Source: Blastocystis sp. Blastoise (Eukaryota > Protista > Bigyra: Opalinata). Taken from it: a DNA stretch of 64,000 bases. A program made the position numbers and the translations under genes. Below are positions 29,701 through 43,249 of this stretch, in pieces (the first letter of the stretch is position 1; each line of letters begins with the position of its first letter). The stretch is taken from assembly GCA_039096225.1 (NCBI GenBank), contig JBBPEB010000003.1, positions 744,001 to 808,000 on the forward strand. The letters run 5' to 3'. The notes under the pieces are model-generated. The model worked only from the letters and a program-made list of their open reading frames with translations. It made no database searches and was not told the origin of the DNA.

Positions 29701-30599
29701 ACTATTAGCTAATACTATATAGTTTCATTGATAACGAGATATTGTCACAAACGCCATGTTGTAAGATTCTGAAGCCTCTTTATGCTCTACAGTCAAAAGG
29801 TAAGCCTGCCACTATTAGACGAAAGAGAAAGGCAGAAGAGGCTATGAATAAGAAGTATAAAAAGGTTCCTCATGTGAAACGTGCCATACCACTTGAAGAC
29901 CAGGTTAAAATGACTCGTTTTGATTAATCATTTATCAATATTATTTTCCATATTATTTCTAATACTATAAACAAATATGTATCTAATTTAACTAATTATC
30001 ATAGTATTATTCATATATATCTTATTTAAATCTATTTTTATGATACTCATTCATTATATATATATATAAACATTTTTTATTTATTCAATAATTATATTCA
30101 AAATTATATTACATACTTTCCATATATATAACCTATTGTTTTTATTCTTGTTGAGTTCATCATTCTTAAATCTTTCTTCCTATATATCAATAAACAATAA
30201 CATTCAATACTCTATAACCATAAACGAACATAAATATATATATATATATATATACAAAAGAATAAGTCTTTATTTAATATATTTTGACAAAATAAGATTA
30301 TATACATATATTAACGACACAGAAAACCATCAATATCCTATCTCAAATATTATTTACATAATTTAATATAATACTATCCATAATTAGTCTTTTTTACAAT
30401 AAATGAAGAACTATATATATCAAGTACATTAATATATACAATACTAAACAAATAATAATAATATATATACTATAAATAAGACACCAGTGAATAATAAACG
30501 TTTCATCTCATACTATAGATAAAATACAATATATAATATTAAAAATAACAACTTAAAAAAACAAATTAAAAATTGATTGCAGATAAAAAGTGAAAAGAA

Positions 30600-33500
30600 A
30601 GAATAATATATACTCTAAATCCAAGAGAATAGAAGATCTAATGCATTCAACAAATTAAATATTGTATTTGAAAATCTTTGAGTTTCACCTAACCAACCAA
30701 TATGTAACTTTTCCATAAACATGGGCTAGACCAGTTTGAAAAGTAATTTATAATTGATTAAATCAATTGAAGAGTAGTTCTGAGTAAATGTTTGCCGACA
30801 TTCAAAAGATTGATCAAGAATGTTGAATATTGAATGTATTATTCCGTTTGTTTATCCTATAGTAGATGTTTGGTAGACTATATAGCAATAATAAAGAGAA
30901 TAAAATATACAAGACAAGCCAAATTGTGTTTTGGAAAGCCAATATCCACAAATTAAGAAGGACAGTATGACCTAGAAGGTATGATCTATACTAAATAGAC
31001 ATAATAAAATATATAATTAATTTTTATTACAATATTAACATAATAGTTTAATTACTATAGTATATTTTACTTAATTCTTAAATTTCAAAAAAAATAAGCC
31101 AAAAATTAAAATATTTTCACTTCATATTTTGTATTTGATTTAATAGTCGTCCCAAAGTGCTTTAAAAGCCTTAATATATTATTGATTGAATGTGTCTACT
31201 CATTTATAGTATATTTTATTTGTTTATTGTGTTTAATTGTCTTTAGTTACAAACATTCTGGTGAATTTATTGGAAAAGTTGAGATCTATGGAAATGTAGC
31301 ATATTGAGGATTATTGTTATCTCCAGTTGATGTGCAAGAATAGAGATAGAATAGAAATAAATACATTGCCAAAAATCATAATGCTGTTGAAGTGGCTTAT
31401 GATTGTTGAATTCTGAAAGGGTATGTTGTTAGGTATATAAATATAGTTGAATATTTAACTCTATTATAGATTTACAAAAAACGATTATGAATGGTAAAGT
31501 TTATCTCCTAAACTGTTGTACCCTAACCAGAGAGTTACCTAAATATGATTGCTTCGATGTACTATTTTCACAAAACAAAAAATTATTATATACAAAAAAT
31601 AGATTGTTCTTGTAAGTCTTTATTTATTTATTTTTATTCTATATCTATTATATTTTCTTATTTAGAGATGTTTTATTCAAGGATGGAGTCTGTCAGAAGT
31701 ATTTTTATTTACTAATCTTCATTGATCTTGTAAAATAATTAGTTTCTATAGAGCGATCAGCGATTCTTGCAAATTCAGAATGGGTTCATTTGGAAGAATT
31801 AGTGCTTTCCAGGTCTTAATATTGTTAACAAAATCAGATTCCAGATTAACTCTGGTCTTCAAAGGTATTCTGTTATTTATTTCTTATCATCACTATATCT
31901 ATATTATATAGAAAACAAAAAATTGTTGATAGTTAAGAAACAAAAGACTTCTTTTCTCAATTGGCTAATTACAGACTATTATTGGGTCAAGTGGTGTTAT
32001 AGAGGTTAGAATTAGTAAACAAATGGATTCTATTAACAAGTATATATATATTATATGTTAAATGATTAATTTTAAGTGTTTTAATATATAAATATTATTT
32101 TATTTAAATATTATATTATATTTTATTTTTTCTATAGTATTCTTCATATGTTAGGCATTTATTATTCTTAAATCGTTTAATAAGAATGAATTGCAATATA
32201 TTAAGTATATATATTCTTCTTTAGTCATTTTTTACTTTCTATTTAGATTTTAGAATGTTTTTCTATTATTTTATTGTATATATATATATATTTTATATAT
32301 AAATATGTTTTAATCTTTTATCCTTCTTAGAAACATGATACAACTTATATTAATTGTATACTCTCCTGTTATTTGGAAGATAATAGATTAGGAAATTAGA
32401 AATTTAACTCGTCTCTAGTTATTCTAGATATATTATAGTATATATTTATATTTATTTTTTTTATATAACTATATTTAAATATATATATATATATAGATAC
32501 ATCAAAATGTATATATAGCTATACTAAAGTATATATATATAGATTGAGTCAATTACAAAACTATTAAGTGTAGAGAAAGTGGTATTCAAGTATATATATA
32601 TATATTTATATATATATGTATATAGTTATAAAAATGTTTATTTATATTAATTTATATAGTATATTAATATATATAGTTATATTATATAGTAAAACATACA
32701 TATCTAGATAAATATATATGTATATAGTTATATTAAAGTACATATAAGAATAGTTATGTTAAAGTATATATATATATAAATTAATATTAAAGAATATATA
32801 TATAGATATAATAAATTATATATGTAGTAAAGGATATTTATATATAGATATATTAAAATATATATGTATAAAGTTATATTAAACTATATGTATAAATAGA
32901 TGCAGTAAAATGATATATAGATTACTTATATAAAAGTATATATATTTATTTTAAAGTATATATATATTAGAATATTCATAGTAATTATACTAGAGTATAT
33001 ATATATAGATAGATGATAACATATTCATGTATTAAGCTAGATTATTGCTATTCTTATATTAATGTGTATAGATATATTTATATTTTTATTTATATATTTA
33101 TATATATCTATATTAAAACATATATATAGGTTATATTATACAAGTATAGATATTTCTACCTGTTTGTTGTTTAAGAATGCTTATAATCTATTTATATAAA
33201 AACATTTATGATTAGTCAGGTATTATATAAAGTAATAATTATTCTATAGATATTTTAGATTACTTCTCTATTAATAAATTATCTATTATTTTATGATTCG
33301 TATTTATGTATATATTTATAGAAAAACTCTCAGAAGAAATGATACTACATGAAGTGGTATTTATTTGGTATCTATTATTCTATTCAAAGAATCATTATAA
33401 AACCTAATATATTTGGTGCACATTAGTTTAATATAACTTTTGTATATAAATATAAATATATAAATATATTTATATATATGTATATAGTTGTTTCTTTATA

Positions 33501-36500
33501 GTACAAATGGCCTCCTTTCTTCTATTTTTATTCTCACCAGTGTTAATAGTTATGTATATCAATTCTTTTTATAAGTTCTTTGAATTATTTATAATGTTAT
33601 AAATTCTATTTTCATTGTATATTTCTTATTTATATATCATGTATTATATGTATATAGTTCAAATTGAATGTAATCTCTTGTTTATTATGTATTATGAAAG
33701 ATCTTCAGTTGTCTCTATTACCTATAGAGGTATATATATAACTACTATTCCTATATTTATAGTTTTTCTTATCTTTTTATGTAGATATTATAGATTTTCA
33801 TATTTCATCTATTAATATATATATAAATACTCTATATGGTTTTATAGTTTTTCTTATATATACAGAATAAGTAAACTATTTAAGGTACTCAATAAGATAT
33901 CTATACTTACTAGTCTCTCCTTCTGTTCCTATTCATATTGAGAAGCTTATATTTATGTATATTATTCTATTCATTTTATTATTTATTCTTCTGTATTATT
34001 AACTTTTGTATGATTCAATATATATATATATATATTATAATTTTTATGTATATATCTATATATAAATATGTTTTTATATCATTATATAGGTATAGAATAC
34101 GTTAACTATATTCAAAAGGATAGGTTTATATTTAAAAATGGGTTATTCAAGTATATATATATAAGCATATACTCTATACCTAACATAATATGTATAGTAT
34201 TTATTCTTATAATATTTGCTAAATATATATATATATATATTGTACTTTATCTTTATTAAGTACTTACTATTATATATATAGTGTTAATGGAATAAACTTA
34301 GATAATTATATATATGAATTAGTGTTGTTTCCTACTACTATTTAAAGTCCTTTTTTAACTACTCTATATTGTATATAAATAATTTATATTATTATTATTC
34401 CATATTAACTTATATAAGTTTGCTGTTTTAAGAATTCTATTATATAATCATATTGATATTATATTATATAGATCCTAAACAATATATTTATATAGTTACT
34501 GCGATTATAAGCAGATTTATAATAATAGTATTCTATATTAATTTATTGTATATAGTCACTATATTATATATATATATATTATTAAAATTTCTTATCCAAT
34601 AAACTTTTATTGTTTATGTTATTAATATATTATCTATATATAGATACAATCAAATATATCCTTCTCATCTTCATCGACTCTCTTCAACTACATATATATA
34701 TATATTTCATTTCACTATTAGATTAATTATAATGACTTCCTTCCTGATTCAAATAGTAACTCAATTCTTATTCTAAATAATAACAAAAAGTATCATTTGA
34801 AGGTATATAAATATTAACTTTATTTATTAATATATCTGAATAATATAAATAAAATATAATTTAATATATAGTATATAATATATAGTAGCAGTATCATGGA
34901 TTATATTGAAAGTATATATGTTATACATACTAAAATATATATATATATTATATCTATACTGATATTGATATAAAAAATATAGATAGTAATATCATTATAT
35001 AGTATGTCAGTGATCAACATGGAATATATGCTATGTGTCTAGTTTAGATTATATGAGTGGATATATAATATATGCCTACATAGTTGTTACATTATAGAAT
35101 ACATAAATAATATATAGTATATAAGAATTATTACATTATTATATTATATATATTTTTATTAGATCATATTATATTGATTATTTGTATCTTTTATTTTAAT
35201 TTCATATTATTATATATTTAATTTTATCTTTTTATAGAATGAATAATATATAAATATCAGATCTGAGTATTATATGGTTTATCCTTCGTTGATAAGATAT
35301 TATAATATTCTTATACTTCTTCTACTCTTTCTGGTTTATTGTACATGAAAAAGTAAAATAGAAAAGAGAACCATTAATACGCTTATACTCTGCTACTTTA
35401 TTCATCTATCTACACAATATATACTATAACAGAAAGGTATATTATATATATTTCTCTTTTTAATGTTTTATAGGTTTTCAATGATTCATTATCATATTGA
35501 TAAATCAATCTTATGTTTAGATATATACAACATAGAATATATATAATAGTATACATATACTATATATACTATTCTATATTCTCTTTCTATTATACAATAA
35601 CTTTTATATTTAATATATACATTGTATATTCTACTTTGTGTATTATATATGGTTTATAAAATATATTTTTATATAGATAAGGTTATACTACTAAAGAAAT
35701 ATATAATATGTTTGATACTTAAATTATATCTATAGTGCTTTTGGTGTATCTACTTAAGTATATATTTATATTATATATAATGTCATGAGTATTAATAGTA
35801 TATATATAATAACTTAATTACATATACTCTATTATGTTATATCTATAGTAATTGGTTTATTGATATTTTACTTGGGTGATTTCGAATACTATGAACATTT
35901 ATTATATACTTGATATATATATAATAGTAATTATTTGTTATTTAGATAACTATTATTTACGTATATACTATATATATTATTCTATATATATTATTATATA
36001 TATACTAGGATATATTCATAATTATATACAATAAATAATATATGTTATTACTATCTACTTGATATATATAGAGTCTCCTTATACTTCTTTCTTCATTACT
36101 CATATTATTATTCTGAGTATTTTACAACTTTGTGATTCATATATATCCATTATATATTGTTATAGAAGTGATTTCTCTTATATATATATAATATTAGTAT
36201 TGATTCTATGTATATTATTTAAAGTATATATATTGTACTTTATACTTAGATATATTTTTTTAACAACAATTGTTACTCAACATCATTCTATATTGAAACG
36301 TAATATATTATTAATGTGTTTTTATAATATTTTATATTTATTCTTTTTAATTTCTATAAAGTTAGTTATTATTAATATTATTATTATTATTATAAAACGC
36401 TTTTTATTCTTTAGTTTTAAAAATCTTCTTTCTTATATATTCCTAGTTTCTTCTGTGTTTATTTCTATAACTGAAAACTTTATATATATATATATATTTT

Positions 36501-37290
36501 TCTATTAGTATACTCTATTTAGTATCGTTATATTATTGTTGTGTATTATATTATTTACACATATTAATTCTAAACAAAACAACATATATATTCATATTTT
36601 TAAAGACTTAATCTATTAAACATATATAGTAATATCATAATGGAGTTCTAATAGTATAATAACAATCAAATAGTATAGAATCCAATAGTATGCTGACCAG
36701 ATCAATTCTAATAAACTATTACCAATATGACTATTCTATAATCCTAAATAACCATAATTACACATACTAGCATAATTAATAAGATAAATCAGAAACTAAC
36801 CCATAACAGCACCTAATCCATTTCCATTTATTGATAATATATATATATAACTTCTTAATAGATTAATTAGCATCAAGAACATCATTCTAATTGAATATGA
36901 AAACTTTATTAGTTAATTAACCATAAACACCCATAATGATGCCAATTCTTTTATGAATATAACTAATCTCATTCTTTTATCCTATATAATGATAGAGTAT
37001 ATCATTCTAGAATGACAGTAACAAGGAAGAAGCCTATAGAGATATTTTAAGGTTAATGATCATAATTACATAATATATTATATACCTATCTTATTCTCAT
37101 CACTACATTAAAAACGCAATTCAAAGCCACTACACAACGTCATAACTCCATAGAATAACATACCATTACCATCTTACCATGTTAATGCCGTCTTATACCA
37201 TTCTTATCACTTTTCCTATATATACTATACTATACATACATATTAAAGATACTTATATAGCATATATACATCAATACATCAATACCCTTC
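30600..37290. pseudogene. Decayed exon/intron remnants on both strands (cargo; family unidentified)
   Basis: Exon-like blocks with splice signals and in-frame stops, e.g. minus ~30615-30825 ILDQSFECRQTF...KLV*PMFMEKLHIGWLGE, plus 31288-31420 MEM*HIEDYCYLQ..., and minus ~36640-37250. Confidence 0.35.
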
Positions 37291-37379
37291 AAGAGTCAAT
37301 AAAAAATAAACATAGAGTTTTCCCCAGTATTATTTTTAAACATTTTTAAAGTCCCCACTCGTAGAATGAGCCGAAGACC

Positions 37380-37430
37380 ACTGTCCTGAGTCAAGTCTGA
37401 TAATTCTGAGTGTCCTGAGTCAATTATCTC
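37380..37430 (-). repeat. Inverted copy of the 51-bp TGACTCAGGACA element at 24483-24533
   Basis: ACTGTCCTGAGTCAAGTCTGATAATTCTGAGTGTCCTGAGTCAATTATCTC. Confidence 0.85.
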
Positions 37431-37883
37431 GAAATTTAAAAAAAATATTTTTTCCCTCCTTTTTTCACTGTCATTTTTCTTTAATATTTTAGACTTTTTA
37501 GTATTAAAAACGATTCTTAAAGGTATATATAGAGACTCTATACCACTTTTGAGACTAAAAATCAAATATTTAAAAATGAGTGGAAATCACGACAAGCAAT
37601 AAAAACAATTTTGTGAAGCTTGGTATGTTGTGTATAAGCATATGTAACAACAGAGATGATAAAAACATACAACTCCTCTTGGTTTAGGACATAATTATAA
37701 ACTCTCTCAAAAAGACTATTTTTAATCCCAAAACGATACCCTGAACTATAAATCATGTCCTGAATGTTATTTTAAAGTCATATTTTGATAAAGAGGTTTA
37801 TTGACGATAATCAATAAACAAAAACAAGAGCTTCTGTTTTACTTTTCATTTTTGAATTTTTAAACTATTTGACTTTCTAGGGT

Positions 37884-38381
37884 AGTTGGCTGAAAGAATG
37901 CTGTCGTCTTTAGGCTAAAAAAATTATGAATAAAAAAGTCAAGTCATTTTATTGTTTTTTCCTTGGGAAATCAAAAATAAGAAATTTTTAGGTGTGTTTA
38001 ATTTAGGCTGTATAATGATTTATATTGTAAAAGGACTTGACGAGAATGACAAGAGTGATAATACATCACTCAGAGAACACACAAATTTTTAAAACTTCTC
38101 ACTCATGTAATCCATTCCTGAATTATAGACTTCAGAGAAAAACTTAAAGTCCTTTTGGTTTTAAACAGTCATTTTAAATCATAAAACACTGTAAAAGAGT
38201 CAATATTTAAACCAACTATGATTATATCAATAAACAATAAATTTTGTAGAGTTATTTTTAAGTTATTCTCGTCAAAAAGAGAGAAACTTGACAAGTTGGC
38301 GGAGCTTTTGTTCTCGGGTTTAGGCCAACGTATTTTTGATTAAAAAATCCCAGTCATTTTGTTGTTTCTCTTACGGGAAAT
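37884..38381 (+). repeat. Right subterminal diverged 88-bp direct repeats of the CACTA element (37884-37971, 38294-38381)
   Basis: Both read AGTTGGC...TTTAGGC.AA...TAAAAAA..C.AGTCATTTT.TTGTTT...GGGAAAT with the same spacing. Confidence 0.7.
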
Positions 38382-38646
38382 AGGGTCAAAAAAACAAAAA
38401 TTGTCCGTAGTGTCAAAAAGAATATGAGAATAAAAAAACAACATATATGAACTACCCACGGAAATGATTTAAAAAATTGAAAAAATATATATATATTATT
38501 AAGAAAAAGAAAAATAACAGCTAATCAAAAAAAAAATATTAAAAAAGAGAAAAAGAAATAAAAACAATAATAACACTAAAAACAAATAATAAAAATACGA
38601 ATATACAATGTATACATTTAAGATAGATTTATAAAATAAAAGAGAT

Positions 38647-40586
38647 TTATTTCTTAATAGAAGCATATAGTTCCATATTAATAATTTTAAATATAGTTTT
38701 TAATTCAGAATAATGACTAACAAATAATCCTGGATTATATTCAAGAGAAGATGGATGAGAATAAGTAGTTGATGTTTCGGATGGATATATAGAACTAGAT
38801 AAAGAGAGTTTTCCTATATATTTATCTGGTTTATCTTTATAGATATTAAAAATATCACTAAATTGAATAGAAGAAGTAGAAGATGAAGGTAGAATTGTAT
38901 TATTAGTAGTTTTATATATAGATGGAGGTCGATTTTGTGGATTATCTAAGGAGAAAAATTGAAGTGTATATGAAGGATAACATACTATATATAATATATA
39001 TATGAAATAAAAAGAAGTGTTAAATAGAATAATAAATATAAGAATAAGAATAAGAATATCAAAAAAATAATTCAAGCCAGAAAAAAAAACAAATTTATTT
39101 TATAGAATAAAAATATACATTTAAATTTTGTTTTCCATGATATATCAAATGTACAATAAATGCCAAAAATACTATCTATTTTATTATATTCTGCTTGTAT
39201 CAGTAGTATAAATGAATATTTAATTTGATCTTGAAAGAAGAATGAAAACACTTGATCACAATCACTATAATAATAATATATTATTCATATATATAGTATA
39301 TAAAGTAAATAATAAAAAAAAAATTTAAAAAAAAAAATAATAATAATAATAATAACAATAATAATAATAACTACTTACGAGCACACTTTATTCCATTGAT
39401 AATACTTAGAGAATGATGAATTTGGAATAAACCATTTATATAAATATTCTTCATATTCAGAAGAAGGCATAATAAATGAGTTTGGTAATATAAAATTAAT
39501 ATTTATAAATGATGATAAATCTTGTTTTGTTATGGAGAACAATTCGAATTCTTTAATGAAATCAATAGAATCAGAATATGATAAATATAAATCATCGATT
39601 TTATGATCTATTATATATTGATGTATATATTGAATATATTTTAAATTATAATTAACTTTTAAATAATAATCATTTAAATCAAATAATATATCACTTAATG
39701 ACGTTTTATTAATAATTAATTTCAATAAATTATGTTCTTTTAAATAATTTGTAATAATTAAATCATTTTCATGATTCACTTGTATCATCATATTACTTAA
39801 TAATTGACGTATTAATGTATTCATTTTACTACCAATTCCCAATTCTAATAGCTCAACACGAAAAGGAACTTGAAAATATTGAAAATCATTAGATAATATT
39901 TCTATATCTTTATTATTAATATTTCTTAAAAAAGTAGTATCACCATTTAAATAACGTAAAACATAATCCATATTCGTATCAGGATAATCAATATATATAA
40001 TACCATCTTGGTTAATATTATTTGGATCTGAATATAAAGTAGAAAATAAACAATTTTGATTTTTTTCTAATATATCTTTAGAAATAATCCAATGATTATT
40101 ATTAGGTTTCATTACAAATACAGGATCATCATTTGTTAAATATTTTACATTTCGGAATGTGTCGATAGCTTTATTTACAAAAGATAATTTATCAATTTCT
40201 TTTTCAACATAAGAAAAAGTATCTACGTGAGGCAATGCTTGTAGAGTCTTCATCTCATTAATATATTTTCCAAAATTATATTGAAGACAAGCATTATATC
40301 GATACACAATATCTGTATTTTGTTTTTCAATCAAGGACAATGAATCCAAAAATTCTAATGAAATACCATGAATTTCCGAGGAAAATGACTCAAGCATCTT
40401 TTCATTCTTCTGAATGATGTCTTTCTTCACATGAACTTCATTTTGAATCGTTGTTATAATATCGACAATCATCTTCTTACTTGCTTCTCTTGAATTCAAT
40501 AGCAAGTTATATAGACATGATTCTATCTCAACAATATCATGATTGAAATCATTTAATTTCTGTTGTAATTCAACAAGGATGGACAT
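38647..40586 (-). CDS. Coiled-coil + BTB/POZ (KCTD-like) + divergent TLDc-domain protein
   Basis: HWIISKDILEKNQNCLFSTLY...IYIDYPDTNMDYVLRYLNG...DFQYFQVP (BTB). ILPNSFIM...YLYKWF, IFGIY, FFSLDNP and FKIINMELY* are TLDc-like. Two introns. Confidence 0.65.
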
Positions 40587-41523
40587 TCTATCTCTCAAAA
40601 ACTTATTCTACCTATATAAATATACATATTTTAATAATAAACATATAAATATGAAGTAAACTGATACTATATACCCTCTTTCCTACAACTTTAAGGGAGT
40701 TTTGAGGAAATAAAATGATTGTTTTTGAAAACCAAAAAATGATTGTAATTTTTTCTCTTCCCTTGGTTATGGAGTTATTTTTCTGTTTTATGTATTTATT
40801 TGTATTCAACTGGAATATAGAATAAGAAAAGGAATCAATGCTGGCAAATTATTTAGAATGGTTGTTCTTCTTAAAATGTTTATTTTTGACACATTTTAAA
40901 AACAGATTATTTTTTTATCCTTTTTATATTACTAATTTTTTATAAATAAGTTTTGTATCAAAGAATAGAGATGTTGCCTATTATGAATAGCTCTAAAAAT
41001 AATAAAAATATTTAAAAATATTTAAAAATAAACGCTATTTATAAAAATGAGGAAAAACAAATTAAGAAATTCTTTTTGTTTTCAACTTTTTCATTTTTGT
41101 ACTAGCAAACATGGCTTTTATTTATAAATAAATAATATTTGCATATCTCATAAGATTATGTATTCATAAATGGGTTTATATTCGTGTAGTTGTTCAATTA
41201 GTTTCAATGTGTTTAACATTTTGGTTTTATATAAAAGCAAACAAGGTTTTATTATGTATAACATTTGCTTGTTTAACAGATAAAATCAACAAAAGCACAA
41301 AGTCTTGACATTACATGCATTTTAAATACTTTTATGTCGTTGATTAGACTTATAAACTAAATCAAGGAAGAGAAAACATATTGTTTGACACAAATATATA
41401 ATAGAAAATTGATTATAATCAAATATAATAGAAATATATAATAAATAAATATCCTATTGATTCTATAATTACAATTATACTCTATATTGATTATATAGAA
41501 TAGTATGAATCAACTATCATCGA

Positions 41524-41596
41524 TCCCATGTAGTCTAGCCGGTTAGGATAGCGGGTTTTCACCTCGCCGACCCGGGTTCGAGTCCCGGCATGGGAA
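41524..41596 (+). tRNA. tRNA-Glu (anticodon TTC)
   Basis: Acceptor TCCCATG/CATGGGA, anticodon arm GCGGG-TTTTCAC-CTCGC, T-arm CCGGG-TTCGAGT-CCCGG, and a downstream T-run. Confidence 0.96.
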
Positions 41597-41710
41597 TATT
41601 TTTGAAATTTCTTTTGAATTTGAAGATTTAAAAGAATAATTTTTATACAGTAAACCAAGTGTTTAAATTTTTATAGGAGTAACAGATAATTAAACGAAAG
41701 AAAAGAATAC

Positions 41711-42026
41711 TTAAATTTTTAAATGTTTTAGACTAACTGAATAACGCGATACTAATGGAGAAAGTGTATTCTGAAGTGGTGTGTCAAGTTCAGAGGAACT
41801 GTCTTCAATGGGATCAAATACACCACTATGTCTTGTTTCAGGAATAGATGCAAATCGTGCTTGAGATGTCTCAATACTCTTCATAAGGTCATTTAAATTA
41901 GCATACCATAAATCAAACATAGAACTTGTCCATTTTCGACTACTAAATGTAGCTAATTCATAAGTTTCTATCTATAATATTATATAAATATATATATTTA
42001 AAATAATATTCAGAGAGATTTTAGAA

Positions 42027-42069
<43 letters not shown>

Positions 42070-42982
42070 ATACATAATTATCACATGCTTCAATATTAAT
42101 ATTAGGAATTTTAACTTTTAATATATCTATATATTCTCGAACGGTTTGATTTAATTGTTTTTTTAATGTTGGATAATATTTTGTTACATGATCTTCTATA
42201 AGAATACATATAATGAATATATGAATAGATATAGTGAGTATAAATAAATATATTGATTAGGAATAGATATAATGAGTATAAATAAATATAATAATTAAAA
42301 GAATATATTTGTAATTAAAAGAATATATTCGTAATTAAAAGAATATATTCGTAATTCAAAGAATAAATACTATCTATATAAATATACGTAAAGAAATATA
42401 AGATTGTGAAATAACAGTCTGAAGATGAATTAATGTTAATTGTTTACTAGAATCATCACCTATTGTAATTTATATATATTAATAAAATAAATATCATTAA
42501 TAAATCAAATATATAAATAAAACTAATAATAAACAATATTAACAAAATAAAAAAAAATAAAAAAAAATATATATAAAAAATATTTATATATACAAAATAT
42601 TTTATAGCCAGGATCTCCAACTTCATGAGGTTTTAATTGATATCGTTTAGCATTTGCTCTTTCAACAGCAACAGCTTTCTTCATTTTCTATAGAATATAT
42701 ATATATATACATCAGTATTACTAAAATTATTGAGAAGAAAAAAAGAAAATGAATCAATAAACATACTTTTGATAGGAGATCCCTCCCTACATTTAGATTT
42801 CTTCTTGGTAATTCATCTAAGAATGTTTTTACTTGAGAAGTTTTATAATAAGAAACCATAAAGTAAACGATAAATGCTAATGAAAACACGATTGTAATGG
42901 TATAGAGATGCGTATTTGTAAGTTCTTCCTTATATCGACAAACTCCATCTTCACCAATACAAGAAGTTGCATTCCAAGACAT
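41711..42982 (-). CDS. Single-pass membrane protein, NICE-3/C1orf43-like
   Basis: N-terminal TM (LYTITIVFSLAFIVYFMV) and C-terminal QTVREYIDIL...DNYIETYELATFS...FDLWYANLNDL. Five exons join in phase. Confidence 0.55.
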
Positions 42983-43249
42983 GATATAGGTTATGTGTAG
43001 TTATTTTAAAGAGTATTTATTGAAATAGAAATTAGAATAAAGAAATAACGAAACAAATAAATAAAAGATTTTCTTAAAAAAAAATCACGATTTTCGAGAT
43101 GAATTCAGAACAAAAATTCATTTTTAGCATATTGAAAAGAACAAAGAATCATTTCTGTTCTTCAGTCATTTCTTTATCATTTTAATATAGTATTGTGTCA
43201 GTATGTAATGGCGTTATGTAGCATCAATTAGAATATCATAGGATTAAAA

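Larger units (their letters stand above)
24685..29927 (+). pseudogene. Degenerate multi-exon gene of unknown family (cargo), possibly with a C-terminal TM segment and basic tail
   Basis: ATG 24685 MESYDEIYNAIVDRVQ..., intron 24781-24815, and an exon from ~25702 with several in-frame stops after 26068. A hydrophobic stretch SVILLSGTFMGLSSVALVIT precedes the donor at 26762, and a last exon spans ~29723-29927. Confidence 0.45.
7938..38412. mobile_element. Giant (~30.5 kb) CACTA/En-Spm-type DNA transposon, apparently non-autonomous, with cargo and a nested MULE
   Basis: Left end CACTACGGACAgTTTTT at 7938 and right end AAAAAtTGTCCGTAGTG ending at 38412 (16/17 inverted match). The 3-bp TSD TCA is at 7935-7937 and 38413-38415. 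There are subterminal repeats at both ends, and it lies between two convergent host genes. Confidence 0.85.

Noticed and set aside
27726-29712. Ile/Tyr-rich ORFs
   Set aside because: They are translations of the TATTATCTA-type repeat tract.
13464-31500. Alternative genetic code (TAA/TAG read as Gln) to explain in-frame stops
   Set aside because: Conserved host genes have no internal stops in the exons traced and end in TAA. TGA stops also occur in the cargo, and the stops are confined to the element.
24685-37290. Cargo remnants as the CACTA TnpD/TnpA transposase
   Set aside because: I could not find Transposase_21-type motifs by eye. An HMM search on stop-tolerant translations is needed.
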